DNA of 64,000 nucleotides from an uncultured Acidobacteriota bacterium (GCA_963776495.1 CAVZMW010000003.1:196326-260325); one strand, 5' to 3'. Positions 29,716 to 42,237 are shown, counted from the stretch's first letter. Program-made: numbers and translations. Notes: a model not told the origin generated them from the letters alone.

Positions 29716-31206
29716 TCACTTTCCGGCCGGCGCCAGTCGCTTCAACCCGTCGCGAACGGCGGATTCGAGCGTGAACCCGTACGAGCCCGAGAAGCCGACG
29801 ATGCGCTCGCGGACGATCCCCTCGCCGTCGAGCACCAGGGTCGTGGGAATGGGCCGCACGCCAAACAGCCTGGCGATCCGCCCGCTGCCGTCCAGCGAGT
29901 GGTGCCACGTCATCTTCTCGTCGGCGATCGCGGCGCGCCAGGCGGCGGCGTCGGTGTCGATGCTGACGCTCAGCAGGACCACCGGCTGCGCCGCGTACTT
30001 CTTCTGGATACCCCGCAGAAACGCGACTGTCGAGCGGCACGGGCCGCACCAGCTGGCCCAGAAGTCGATCACGACGACGTTCCCGCGCAGGCTCTCGAGG
30101 TCGAAGTGCAGCCCCTCGCGTGTCACGAGGCTGAAGTCGGGCGCGAAGTTCTCGCGCGCCCGGCGCGGGTTGGCGATCATCCGCTCCGCGTCCTTCGCGG
30201 CGGCGCCCTCCGGCGCGGCGGCGAGGTACCCGCGCAGTTGTTCGATGCCCGCGGCGGCGTCGCCCGCCTTGAGCAGTACCATCCCGAGGTTGTAGCGGGC
30301 CATCTGGAAGCCGGGGTCGAGTTCGAGCGTCGCGCCGAATTCTCGCGCCGCCGCTTTCAGGTCGTCCGCGCCGGGCGGCTGCTTCTCGCTGGCCCGCGAG
30401 AAGAGCGCAACCCCCTTGGTGTTGTGCGCGACCGCCTTCTCGCCGGCGGACGCCGCGCACTCGATGGTCTTGTCGCACGCCTCGAGCACGCTCTTGTAGG
30501 CGTTCAGGCCATCGTAGGCCTGCGCGAGCCCGAGGTAGCCGCGAGCGGTCGGGTTTTCCTTGCCGAGCGCCTTCTTGAAGACCTTGACGGCGTCGTCGTA
30601 CTGCCGCATGCGGAGCAGGGCGAAGGCTTCTTCCATCGCGGGGCTCAACGGTGCGGCCGACGCCGACTCGGGGCCGGCCTCCCCTCCACCCGAGGGCGGC
30701 GCGGCGGACGGCAGGGCTCCCGCGGCGGACACGACGGTGAAGTCGAACACCTTCGTGGCGCGGTCGCCCGTCAGCCGGTTCACGGCTTCCACGCGGAGCG
30801 TGCACACCCCAGGCGAAGTCCGCGCGGGCAAGGTGAACGTCCGCCAGACCCCCCAGTTGGTCGATTGCGTCGGCTCGTTGAACTCGGCCGTCTGGTCGTA
30901 GAGGCTGCGGCCCTCGGCGGTGGCGACCTGGAGGTGGAACATGAGGTCCACCCGCCCCTGGCGCGGCGTGCCATACGTCTCGACGTAGAGCCAGACACGG
31001 TCACCGGCCAGGAACTGCGTCTTGACGACGAAGGTGCCCCAGCCGCGCACCTCGGAGGCCGTCGTCACCCTCCCGAAGCGGACCGTGCCCGTGGACGGAG
31101 GGCCGGAATCTCTCTGCTGCCCGTCCGCCTCGATGACGTCTCCGGCGGGCCAGAGCACTGCGAGCGTCAAGACCGCCAGCGCAGCCAGCCATCGCGCTCG
31201 TCCCAT
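29716..31206 (-). CDS. Exported protein with TPR repeats and a C-terminal TlpA-like thioredoxin domain
   Basis: Signal peptide, TPR-like helices (ARYNLGMVLLKAG), APDFSL...VVVIDFWASWCGPC...IPTTLVLDGEG. Confidence 0.88.
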   Translation of the reverse strand: MGRARWLAALAVLTLAVLWPAGDVIEADGQQRDSGPPSTGTVRFGRVTTASEVRGWGTFVVKTQFLAGDRVWLYVETYGTPRQGRVDLMFHLQVATAEGRSLYDQTAEFNEPTQSTNWGVWRTFTLPARTSPGVCTLRVEAVNRLTGDRATKVFDFTVVSAAGALPSAAPPSGGGEAGPESASAAPLSPAMEEAFALLRMRQYDDAVKVFKKALGKENPTARGYLGLAQAYDGLNAYKSVLEACDKTIECAASAGEKAVAHNTKGVALFSRASEKQPPGADDLKAAAREFGATLELDPGFQMARYNLGMVLLKAGDAAAGIEQLRGYLAAAPEGAAAKDAERMIANPRRARENFAPDFSLVTREGLHFDLESLRGNVVVIDFWASWCGPCRSTVAFLRGIQKKYAAQPVVLLSVSIDTDAAAWRAAIADEKMTWHHSLDGSGRIARLFGVRPIPTTLVLDGEGIVRERIVGFSGSYGFTLESAVRDGLKRLAPAGK

Positions 31207-31335
31207 TTGCAGCCTCCTCGGATCGATCCCGCGAGTTCCGGACCGCACGGGGAGAGTCTAACCCCATGCGCGCCCAGGGCGATCTGACGAATCGTCATGA
31301 AGGCGTTACGCCGGCCGGGCTCCAGCCCAGCCAAG

Positions 31336-31378
31336 GCCGTCGGGTTCTATAATGGACGTCGTTCCGCGCAGGTCCACT
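31336..31378 (+). promoter_or_regulatory. Conserved promoter/leader block with TATAAT (31348-31353); second copy at 35145-35187
   Basis: 22/23 identical core GCCGYCGGGTTCTATAATGGACG, about 36/43 overall. Confidence 0.7.
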
Positions 31379-31396
31379 CAAACCGGAGGCGAACCC

Positions 31397-31612
31397 ATGA
31401 TCTACATCTTCGGCAAGGACACCTGACCGTACACCCTGGCCGCCCGTGAGGAGTACGGCAGGCGGCGCGTGGAGTTCGAGTACCTCAACGTCAAGAAGGA
31501 CCGGGCGGCGTTGGAGCGCATGCTCGCCTTGACCGACGGACGCCGCGACGTGCCCGTGATCGTCGACGGCGCCAAGGTCACGATCGGATTCGGGGGCTCT
31601 TGAGGGGTCTGA
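31397..31612 (+). CDS. Glutaredoxin-like selenoprotein with two in-frame UGA codons (Uxx-star type), 71 aa
   Basis: Not in the ORF track. GGAGG RBS; MIYIFGKDT-U-PYTLAAREEY...RRDVPVIVDGAKVTIGFGGS-U-GV-stop. UGA codons at 31424 (CPYx active-site position) and 31601; hairpins follow both (31427-31458, 31606-31640). Confidence 0.88.
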
Positions 31613-31701
31613 CCGGGCTGCCGGGCGCAGCCCGCAGACCGCTGGGCGCGGCGCGTGACGCCTCGCTCGCATCCGGCTCGGCACTCGAGGGCGGCGGCAC
31701 C

Positions 31702-34389
<2,688 letters not shown>

Positions 34390-34397
34390 GGGGGCGA

Positions 34398-34413
34398 ACG
34401 CATTATAATGCGT
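34398..34413. promoter_or_regulatory. Perfect 16-bp palindrome ACGCATTATAATGCGT giving TATAAT on both strands
   Basis: Lies between the divergent kinase and peroxiredoxin genes. Confidence 0.65.
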
Positions 34414-34468
34414 CCCTCATCTCCACATCCGAATCTCGTCTCAAGGTCCCAGGAACTTGAGGAGCGGC

Positions 34469-35041
34469 ATGTTGTACCTCTTGCTGACGGCAGCCATTCT
34501 CGCCGGCACGCCGGCGGGCGTCCCCATCCCGGCGGCCGCGGGGCCGGCCGGGCCAGTCTCGCTCGAGCCGGGCGACCCGGCGCCCCCATTCACGCTCAAG
34601 GGCTCGGACGGGCGGACGTACCGGCTCCAGGACTTCCGCGGCAAGCGGGCGGTTGTCCTCGCGTGGTTCGCCAAGGCGTCTTCAGCTGGTTGAACGGCAG
34701 AATGCCAGTCGCTCCGTGTGAGCGGCGACTCGATTCGAGCATTCGACGTCGTGCACTTCGCGGCGAGCACCGACAAGCCGGAGGACCTCACGGCGTTCGC
34801 CCAGAAGATCGGCGCAGACTACCCACTGCTCGGCGACCCGACCAAGGAGGTCGCGAAGGCGTACGGAGTCGTCCAGGACGGCCAGGCGTACGCCGTCCGG
34901 TGGACCTTCTACATCGGGATCGACGGGAAGATCCTCTACGTCGACAAGGCCGTCAGTGCCGCCAACGCCGGCAGGGACATCGCCCAACGACTCGGGGAGT
35001 TGGGCGTCGCACGAAGGGCCGCACCCAGAGTGTCGAAGTAG
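34469..35041 (+). CDS. Selenocysteine-containing AhpC/TSA (BCP/PrxQ-like) peroxiredoxin
   Basis: ORFs 34457-34693 and 34718-35041 are one frame separated by TGA 34691-34693 at the peroxidatic position (FAKASSAG-U-TAEC); hairpin at 34707-34730; GAGGAG RBS before ATG 34469. Confidence 0.88.
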
Positions 35042-35232
35042 CCCACCGCCGCACGTCGGACCGCGCGCCCACTTGTCCGCCACTCCCCTGTTCGGACACC
35101 ACCTTGATGTCGCCGGCCTCCATCTGCGCCCTGGCACGCTCGACGCCGCCGGGTTCTATAATGGACGCGGCTCCCCGCAGTTCCGCTTGAGTGTGATTGG
35201 GAAGCTGTCATGAGAACATCCAGCGTCGTCCC

Positions 35233-35907
35233 ATGATCGAACTGACCGGCGTCAGCAAGCAGTTCGACGGGAAGCGGCGGGTCACCGCGCTCTCGGCGGT
35301 CGACCTCGCGGTCGGCCGGGGCGAGCTGGTGTCGATCGTCGGGCCGTCGGGGTCCGGGAAGTCGACGCTCCTCAACCTGATCGGCGGCCTGGATCGACCG
35401 ACGACCGGCGAGATCCGTATCGACGGCCAGCGGCTCGGCGGCCTGTCGGACGACCAGCTGACGCTCATCCGCCGCGACAAGCTCGGGTTCATCTTCCAGT
35501 TCTTCAACCTGCTCCCGTCGCTCACGTGCCTGGAGAATGTCGCGCTGCCGCTCCATCTTCGGGGATGGCCCCGGCGAAAGGCGGTGGCGCGGGCGCGTGA
35601 ACTGCTGGAGTTGGTCCAACTGGCGCCGCGCCTCGAGCACACCCCCGACGAACTCTCCGGAGGCGAGCGCCAGCGAACGGCCATCGCCAGGGCGCTCGCG
35701 GTCTACCCGCCGATCCTGCTGGCCGACGAACCGACCGGCAACCTCGATACCGGCACCGGCGCCGAGATCCTCGACCTCATCCGGGATCTCCACGGGCGCC
35801 TCGGCGCCACGGTCCTCATCGTGACGCACGACCTCGCCGTGGCCCGCAGCTGCCCGCGCACGCTCACCATCCGCGACGGCCGGGTGGTCGGGGACGAACG
35901 CCGATGA
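35233..35907 (+). CDS. ABC transporter ATP-binding protein (LolD/MacB-like)
   Basis: GPSGSGKS, LSGGERQR, LLADEPTGNLD. Confidence 0.95.
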   Translation: MIELTGVSKQFDGKRRVTALSAVDLAVGRGELVSIVGPSGSGKSTLLNLIGGLDRPTTGEIRIDGQRLGGLSDDQLTLIRRDKLGFIFQFFNLLPSLTCLENVALPLHLRGWPRRKAVARARELLELVQLAPRLEHTPDELSGGERQRTAIARALAVYPPILLADEPTGNLDTGTGAEILDLIRDLHGRLGATVLIVTHDLAVARSCPRTLTIRDGRVVGDERR

Positions 35908-38456
35908 TCCTGCTCAGGCTGATCAGCTGGCCGTACACCCGCAAGCACATCCTCCGGACCCTCCTGACCACGGCGGGCATCGTCCTCGGCGTCGGCGTGT
36001 TCGTCGGGATGCACACCGCGAACCAGTCGGTCCTCTACGCGCTCCACGAGACGGTGGACCGGATCGCCGGCACGACCCAGTTGCAGGTCACGGCGGGCGA
36101 GAGCGGGTTCGACGAGGGCGTGCTCGAGCGGGTGCAGGACGTGCCTGAGGTCCGGGTCGCGGTCCCGGTCATCGAGGCCGTCGTGGACACCGAGCTGCCG
36201 GGCCAGGGCAGCGTGATGATCCTGGCCGTGGACATGACGGGCGACGGATCCTTGCGCGACTACGCGCTCGAGAGCGGCGACGAGCCGATCGTGGACGACC
36301 CGCTGGTCTTCCTGGCGCAGCCCGATTCGCTGATCGTGACGCGGGAGTTCGCCCTGCAGAACCACCTGCAGACGGGCAGCGTCGTCCCGATGCGGACGAT
36401 GGAGGGGCCGAAGCGGTTCGTCGTCCGCGGGATCATGAAGTCGAGCGGCCTGGCGAAGGCCTTCGGCGGCAATCTCGCGATCATGGACGTCTACGCCGCC
36501 CAGAAGGTGTTCGGGCGGGGACGCAAGTTCGACCGGATCGACCTGGCGGTCCGCGAGGGCTACTCGATCGAGCAGTGCCGCGCCGCGCTCGAGAAGACGC
36601 TGGGGCCCGGCTTCGAGGTCGAGACGCCGGCCAGCCGCGGTCAGCAGTTCGACTCGGTGCTCCGCGTCTACTCGGTGACGGTGAACATCACGAGCCTGTT
36701 CGCGCTCTTCATCGGGATGTTCATCATCTACAACTCGTTTGCGATCGCGGTGACGCAGCGCCGGGCGGAGATCGGAATCCTCAGGGCGCTGGGCGCGACG
36801 CGCCGGCAGATCCGCGGGTTGTTCCTGGCCGAGAGCGCCGTCGCGGGCCTGGTCGGCTCGACGCTCGGCCTCGGGTTCGGCTACCTGCTGGCGAGGGGGA
36901 CGGCCGGCTACGTCGGGCAGATGCTCCAGGGGATTTCGGGTGTCGCGCAACGGGTCGAGGAGGTCGCCACCGACCCCAGGCTGATGGGGCTCGCCGTCGT
37001 GATGGGCGTCGTGACCAGCATGGTGGCGGCGTTCGTCCCGGCACGAAACGCGGCGCGCGTCGATCCGGTGCAGGCGCTGCAGAAGGGGCGCTACCAGGTG
37101 CTGTCGGCCGGCGAGAACCGCGCGCGCCTCGTGGTGGCCCTCGCGTTCGCGGCGGTCTCGGCCGGATGCCTGGTGGCCGGCACCGGCGATCTCGCCTTCT
37201 ACGCCGGCTTCGTCCTCGCCATGGCCGCCGCGCTGCTCCTGACGCCGGCGCTGGCGCTGTGGCTCACGCGCGGCCTCCGGCCGCTGCTCGGCTGGCTGTG
37301 GCCGGTCGAGGGCGCGCTGGCGGCCGACAGTCTGATCCAGGCGCCCCGGCGGACGTCGGCCACGGTGTCGGCGCTGATGCTCTCGCTGAGCATGACGATC
37401 GGCCTCGGCGGAATCTCGAAGGCCAGCTACGAGTCGATCACCGACTGGATGGGCACGGCCCTCAACCCGGACCTGTTCGTCACCGCGTCGCCCACGCTGA
37501 CCAGCCGCAGCTTCCTGTTCCCCGCCGCCCTCGGGCCGACGATCGAGCAGGTAGACGGCGTGGAGCAGGTGCAGAGCGTCCGCACGCCGCGCATCCGGTT
37601 CCGCGGCACGCCGGTGCTGCTCATCGCGGTCGAGATCCAGAAGTGGGCGGCCCGCGCCGGCCGGAGGCCCATGGAGGGCCGGCCCGACGAGGCGTACCGG
37701 CTGGCCGCCGAGGGCCGGGGGACGATCCTGTCGCAGAACCTGGCGTCGATGAAGGGCCTCCACGTCGGCGATGCCATCGACATCCCTACCCCGACCGGCC
37801 CGCTCCGTCTCCCCGTCGTCGGGATCATCGAGGACTGGTCCGACCAGCAGGGCTCGATCTTCCTCGACCGCAGCGTCTACCGGAAGTGGTGGAACGACGA
37901 CCGCGTCAACACCTTCCGCGTCTACCTGCGCAAGGGCGCGTCGCTCGCCGGCGTCCGCCAGACGATCCTCACGCGGCTGTCGGCCAACCGCCGACTGTTC
38001 GTGCTCACCAACGAGGAGGTCCGGAGCTACATCACCGGCCTGACCGACCAGTGGCTCGCCCTCTCGTACTCGCAGATCGCGGTGGCGGTGCTCGTGGCCG
38101 TGCTGGGCATCATGAACACGCTGACCGTCTCGATCATGGACCGCCGCCGGGAGCTGGGCGTGCTCCAGGCGGTCGGCGCGCGGCGGCGGCAGATCCGCTA
38201 CACGATCTGGATGGAGGCCTTGAGCATCGGCTTCGTCGGCCTCGTGCTCGGCCTCGGTCTCGGCGCCATCAACCTGCATTACGTGCTGGACATGACGCAC
38301 CGCGACATCAGCGGCATGCTGATGCCCTACCGCTTCCCGACCGGGATCGCGCTGATGCTCGTCCCCGTCATCTTCTGCGCGGCGCTGGTGGCCGCGCTGT
38401 GGCCGGCCGAGTCGGCCGTGCGCGGCTCGCTCGTCCAGGCGCTGGAGTACGAATGA
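35904..38456 (+). CDS. FtsX-like duplicated ABC permease
   Basis: QRRAEIGILRALGA and RRRELGVLQAVGA; ATGA overlap with the ATPase gene. Confidence 0.92.
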   Translation: MILLRLISWPYTRKHILRTLLTTAGIVLGVGVFVGMHTANQSVLYALHETVDRIAGTTQLQVTAGESGFDEGVLERVQDVPEVRVAVPVIEAVVDTELPGQGSVMILAVDMTGDGSLRDYALESGDEPIVDDPLVFLAQPDSLIVTREFALQNHLQTGSVVPMRTMEGPKRFVVRGIMKSSGLAKAFGGNLAIMDVYAAQKVFGRGRKFDRIDLAVREGYSIEQCRAALEKTLGPGFEVETPASRGQQFDSVLRVYSVTVNITSLFALFIGMFIIYNSFAIAVTQRRAEIGILRALGATRRQIRGLFLAESAVAGLVGSTLGLGFGYLLARGTAGYVGQMLQGISGVAQRVEEVATDPRLMGLAVVMGVVTSMVAAFVPARNAARVDPVQALQKGRYQVLSAGENRARLVVALAFAAVSAGCLVAGTGDLAFYAGFVLAMAAALLLTPALALWLTRGLRPLLGWLWPVEGALAADSLIQAPRRTSATVSALMLSLSMTIGLGGISKASYESITDWMGTALNPDLFVTASPTLTSRSFLFPAALGPTIEQVDGVEQVQSVRTPRIRFRGTPVLLIAVEIQKWAARAGRRPMEGRPDEAYRLAAEGRGTILSQNLASMKGLHVGDAIDIPTPTGPLRLPVVGIIEDWSDQQGSIFLDRSVYRKWWNDDRVNTFRVYLRKGASLAGVRQTILTRLSANRRLFVLTNEEVRSYITGLTDQWLALSYSQIAVAVLVAVLGIMNTLTVSIMDRRRELGVLQAVGARRRQIRYTIWMEALSIGFVGLVLGLGLGAINLHYVLDMTHRDISGMLMPYRFPTGIALMLVPVIFCAALVAALWPAESAVRGSLVQALEYE

Positions 38457-38530
38457 GGGGCCAGGATTCTTGCCGGCTTCCGGCTCTCGGCTCTCGACTT
38501 TCGGCCGAGTCGCGCCTGACAGGGCGGCTG

Positions 38531-39295
38531 ATGTTCCTGCTGGTGCCGCTTGCGGCGGCGCTGATCGCCCTCGCGCCGGCCCCGTCGTTCGGGCAGGAGG
38601 CCCGGCGGATCATGGAGGAGGCGCAGAAGCGCACCCGCGCCTCATCCGAGCACTACGAGGGGACGCTGCAGGTGTTCGACGCGAAGGGGAAGATCAGCGA
38701 CAAGCGGTGGACGTTCGACCGCCTGGGCTCCCACGGGTCGAGCCGGTCGGTCCTCCGGTTCACCGCGCCGCCCGAGGTCAAGGGCGTCGCGCTGCTGGTC
38801 GTGAACCACCCGGAGCGGGCGTCGGACCAGTGGATGTGGACGCCGGCCATCGGGCGAGACCGGCGCGTGGCGCTCCAGGATCGGTCGCAGCGGTTCTTCG
38901 GCACCGACTTCAGCTTCGAGGACCTGGAGGAGCGCGACGTCGATCAGTACGACTACTCGATGGACGGCGAGGACACGCTTGGCGGGGCCGCCTGCTGGCG
39001 GATCGTCGCGAAGCCGCGCTCGACCAAGGTGTCGCAGTACACCCAGTCGCGCGTGTGGGTGCGAAAGGACAACTACGCCTACCAGCAGGTCGAGAGCTAC
39101 ATCAAGTCCCAGGTCGTCCGGATCCTGAAGTACAGCGACATCCAGAACGTGCAGGGGATCTGGTCCGGCCGAACGCTCGAGATGACCGACCTTCGCCGGA
39201 AGAGCCGGACGGTGCTGAAGCTCGACGCGCTGAAGTACAACGTGCCGATGAAGGAAGAGGACTTTACCTTGCAGGGGCTCCGCCGAGACCAATGA
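38531..39295 (+). CDS. LolA-like outer membrane lipoprotein-sorting family protein
   Basis: Signal peptide; LRFTAPPEVKGVALL, DQWMWTPA, FFGTDFSFEDL. Confidence 0.85.
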   Translation: MFLLVPLAAALIALAPAPSFGQEARRIMEEAQKRTRASSEHYEGTLQVFDAKGKISDKRWTFDRLGSHGSSRSVLRFTAPPEVKGVALLVVNHPERASDQWMWTPAIGRDRRVALQDRSQRFFGTDFSFEDLEERDVDQYDYSMDGEDTLGGAACWRIVAKPRSTKVSQYTQSRVWVRKDNYAYQQVESYIKSQVVRILKYSDIQNVQGIWSGRTLEMTDLRRKSRTVLKLDALKYNVPMKEEDFTLQGLRRDQ

Positions 39296-40572
39296 GGGCG
39301 CCGAGGGCCGTGCCAGCGTGGGTCCTGGTGATGATGGCGGCGGCGCTGTCTTCCTCCGCCCAGCAGACCAGCCAGCGAGGCTTCCTCGAAGCGACGGGTC
39401 TCGTCTATCCCCTCGAGTCGCGCTCCGGCGACGGGCGGTGGGTTGGCGAAGTCCTGTTCCGACAGGAGGCGTCGTGGCGGCCGGCGCAGTGGCTGTCGCT
39501 CGCCGGGACGTTCGACGCGCGGGCGGCCACCACCGACTGGGTGGAAAAGAGCTGGTCGATCGACTGGAGCGACCGCGGGCTGAAGCGGCCCGCACTCGCC
39601 GTCAGGAGGCTGAGCGTCGCGGCCCACCGGGGCGGCCTCACCTTCGAAGCCGGCAAGCAGTTCGTGCGGTGGGGCAAGGCGGATGTGCTCAATCCCACCG
39701 ATCGCTTCGCGCCGCGCGACCTGCTCGAGGTCGTCGACAACGACGTCCTCGCGGTCACGGCCGCGCGGCTCACCTACGAACGCGGCGCCGACACCCTCGA
39801 CCTGGTCGTCTCCCCTCGCCTGACGCCGAGCCGCCTTCCGCTGGCCGGGGATCGCTGGTTCCCGTCGGTCGCCGCGGTGGCGCCACCCGGAAGCCTGCCG
39901 CCCGGCGCCTCCGGCTGGCCGGTCGTCGTCGTGGGGTCGGAGTTCCCGACGAGGCCCCAGGCCGGCATCCGCTGGAACCATGTCGGATCGGGATTCGAGT
40001 ATTCGCTCTCCGCCTACGACGGGTTCAACAACCTCCCGAACAGCCAGGTGAGCGTGAACCCGGTCGCGCTCCGGTTCGAGGTGACTCGCACCTACCCGAC
40101 GATGCGGATGGTCGGCGGCGACATGGCCTGGCCTCTCCGCTGGTTCACCCTGAAAGGCGAGGCCGGCTACTTCTGGACGACGAACCCGGCGACCGACGAC
40201 TACGGGATCTACGTCGTCCAGCTCGAGCGGCAGGTCGCGGAGTGGACGATCGTCGGCGGCTACGCGGGCGAGTTCGTGACCGTGACGCGGTCGGCGCTGC
40301 CGGCGCAGTTCACGGCCTTCGACCGCGGACTCGCGAAGACGTTCCTGGGACGCGCATCGTACACGATCGACGTGAACCGGAGCCTCGCCTTCGAGGGCGC
40401 CGTCCGCCAGAACGGCCGGGGCTTCTACGTCAAGGCCGAGTGCTCGCAGGCCTTCGGCCAGCACTGGCGCGCGAGCGTCAGGGCCGACGTGATCGGCGGT
40501 GCGCTCGACGACTTCCTGGGGCAGTACCGCCGAAACTCCTCGGCCCGCCTCGTTCTCCGTTACAGCTACTGA
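39292..40572 (+). CDS. Putative outer-membrane beta-barrel protein (DUF1302-like position)
   Basis: Signal peptide; GKQFVRWGKADVLNPTD; ends LRYSY; ATGA overlap. Confidence 0.75.
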   Translation: MRAPRAVPAWVLVMMAAALSSSAQQTSQRGFLEATGLVYPLESRSGDGRWVGEVLFRQEASWRPAQWLSLAGTFDARAATTDWVEKSWSIDWSDRGLKRPALAVRRLSVAAHRGGLTFEAGKQFVRWGKADVLNPTDRFAPRDLLEVVDNDVLAVTAARLTYERGADTLDLVVSPRLTPSRLPLAGDRWFPSVAAVAPPGSLPPGASGWPVVVVGSEFPTRPQAGIRWNHVGSGFEYSLSAYDGFNNLPNSQVSVNPVALRFEVTRTYPTMRMVGGDMAWPLRWFTLKGEAGYFWTTNPATDDYGIYVVQLERQVAEWTIVGGYAGEFVTVTRSALPAQFTAFDRGLAKTFLGRASYTIDVNRSLAFEGAVRQNGRGFYVKAECSQAFGQHWRASVRADVIGGALDDFLGQYRRNSSARLVLRYSY

Positions 40573-40574
40573 AC

Positions 40575-40709
40575 GCCGGGGCTGAAGCCCCGGCCTACGT
40601 GTTGGTCACCGACGGCCGACGACCGACGGCTGACGGCGGCGCCCCGCGAGGTGGCTCAAGGCTCAGGGCGCCGGCGTTCTCACCGGTAGGGCAAGGCTTC
40701 AGCCTTGCC
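40575..40709. repeat. Inverted pair of GTAG-type REP-like hairpins (40575-40598 minus, 40686-40709 plus)
   Basis: GTAGGCCGGGGCTTCAGCCCCGGC and GTAGGGCAAGGCTTCAGCCTTGCC: GTAG foot, 8-bp stem, TTCA loop. Confidence 0.75.
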
Positions 40710-40740
40710 GAGCGGCTCGCCGCCACAGCCTTGGCCAAGA

Positions 40741-40920
40741 ATGCCCGATCTCCACCGCTGCTGGAGCAAGGACGCCGACTGCAGGGCCGCCTGCGACGCC
40801 CTCGGCGAAGAGTTCGACCTCGCTCGTGCGCTGATCGAGGCCCGGAGTGGGGCGGAGCTGTCGCAGTCGCAGCTGGCCAGGAGGATGAAGACGTCGCAGT
40901 CCAATATCGCACGCGCGTCG
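40741..40920 (+). pseudogene. Truncated paralogue of the downstream XRE antitoxin
   Basis: DLHRCWSKDADCRAACDALGEEFDLARALIEARSGAELSQSQLARRMKTSQSNIAR aligns with the 41450 protein, then diverges. Confidence 0.8.
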
Positions 40921-41126
40921 ATCCCTGGGCCCTACGCCTCGAGCCGGCCCGGCGAGCGACCGTCCTTGAATTGAGCGGGCCTGGGAAAGTGGTGAGCCGC
41001 CTCTTCACGGGTTGGAACCAGTTGAACGGGTGGTTGCGGCAGGTCGAGGCGCTGCGACGAGCGGCGTGAACCAGGGACCGGCCGTGTCCTGTCGATGCCG
41101 ATACCATATCTGGTATTATGGTCACG

Positions 41127-41453
41127 ATGCCGTGGAGCGTCGAGACTCTGAACGAGACGGTCGATGCCGAGCTGGCAGAGCTGCCGCCGGACGTGCGGGC
41201 GCGACTCGTGCGGATCGCCGAACTGATCGCATCCGTCGGCTTGCCGAACGTCAAGGAGCCGCACGTTCGCCACATCCGAGGTCCGTTGTGGGAAATTCGG
41301 CTCAAGGGGAAGGCCGGCGTTGCTCGCGCTCTCTACGTGACCGCGAGAGTGCAGCGGGTCGTCATCCTGCGGGCTTTCGTCAAGAAGACCGAGAAGACGC
41401 CCGCGGGCGAGATCGACGTGGCCTTGGAGAGGGCCAAGGAACTGAAGCCATGA
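41127..41453 (+). CDS. RelE/HigB-like (Gp49-like) toxin
   Basis: PHVRHIRGPLWEIRLKG...RALYVT...VILRAFVKKTEKTP; TATTAT 7 nt before the ATG; inverted repeat ATACCA-TATC-TGGTAT at 41101-41116. Confidence 0.88.
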   Translation: MPWSVETLNETVDAELAELPPDVRARLVRIAELIASVGLPNVKEPHVRHIRGPLWEIRLKGKAGVARALYVTARVQRVVILRAFVKKTEKTPAGEIDVALERAKELKP

Positions 41454-41737
41454 CGAAGATCAGCGAACTCCATCGTCGCTGGAGCAACACCGCCGAGTAC
41501 AAGCATGCCTACGACGCACTCGAAGAGGAGTTCGACCTCGCGCGAACACTGATCGAGGCGCGGACGGGAGCCGGCCTGTCGCAGGCGCAGTTGGCGCGCC
41601 GTATGAAGACGTCGCAGTCCTACATCGCTCGCCTCGAGGGTGGGAAGGTGCGTCCGTCGACCAGCGCTCTCGAGCGATTCGCCCAGGCTACCCGGACCCG
41701 CCTGCGGATCGTCTTCGAGCCGAACGCGGCGGGCTGA
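41450..41737 (+). CDS. XRE/HigA-like HTH antitoxin
   Basis: GLSQAQLARRMKTSQSYIARLEGGKVRPS; ATGA overlap with the toxin. Confidence 0.9.
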   Translation: MTKISELHRRWSNTAEYKHAYDALEEEFDLARTLIEARTGAGLSQAQLARRMKTSQSYIARLEGGKVRPSTSALERFAQATRTRLRIVFEPNAAG

Positions 41738-42237
41738 GTGAGCGTCAACGACCGAGAGGCCGTACAAACGGCGAGGGCCCCCTGGTCATCCCAGTCCACC
41801 CTCATCCGTTGAGGGGCGCAACGGACGCTGTTGCCCCGACCTCAGGTCAGCCAACGCGTCTTCCACCGTCAGTCTCCGGCGGTCGAGGAGCGCCAGGCTG
41901 TGCTGTGAGCCAAGGGGGGCACGAGAGGGGGAACACCGGCTGAAGCGCAGTGTCCCCCCTCCGGTCAGCCGGTCCGATTGCAGCGGCGGTCTCCGCACGC
42001 ACAACGCCGACGCCCGTGCGGCCGGCTGCTTGTCGAGACAATCGGCAACATCAGCGGCTTCCGACTGCCTGTGGGTGCAGGGCAGTGAACATAACCGCCC
42101 GTTCTCAAACGTCGGCTACTGGGATTCGGGGCCGCGCCAGCCGCCGCGCCTTCCCGGCGGCACCGGCGCGGCCGCGGCCCGCGTGGCCAGCTTTGGTCGC
42201 CACTCCGGTTGCGCAGTCCCTACGAGGTCCTCGGGAA

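Noticed and set aside
41740-42235. ncRNA or tRNA in the hairpin-rich spacer
   Set aside because: GC-rich stems (e.g. 41925-41961) are present, but no cloverleaf or known RNA motif was recognised.
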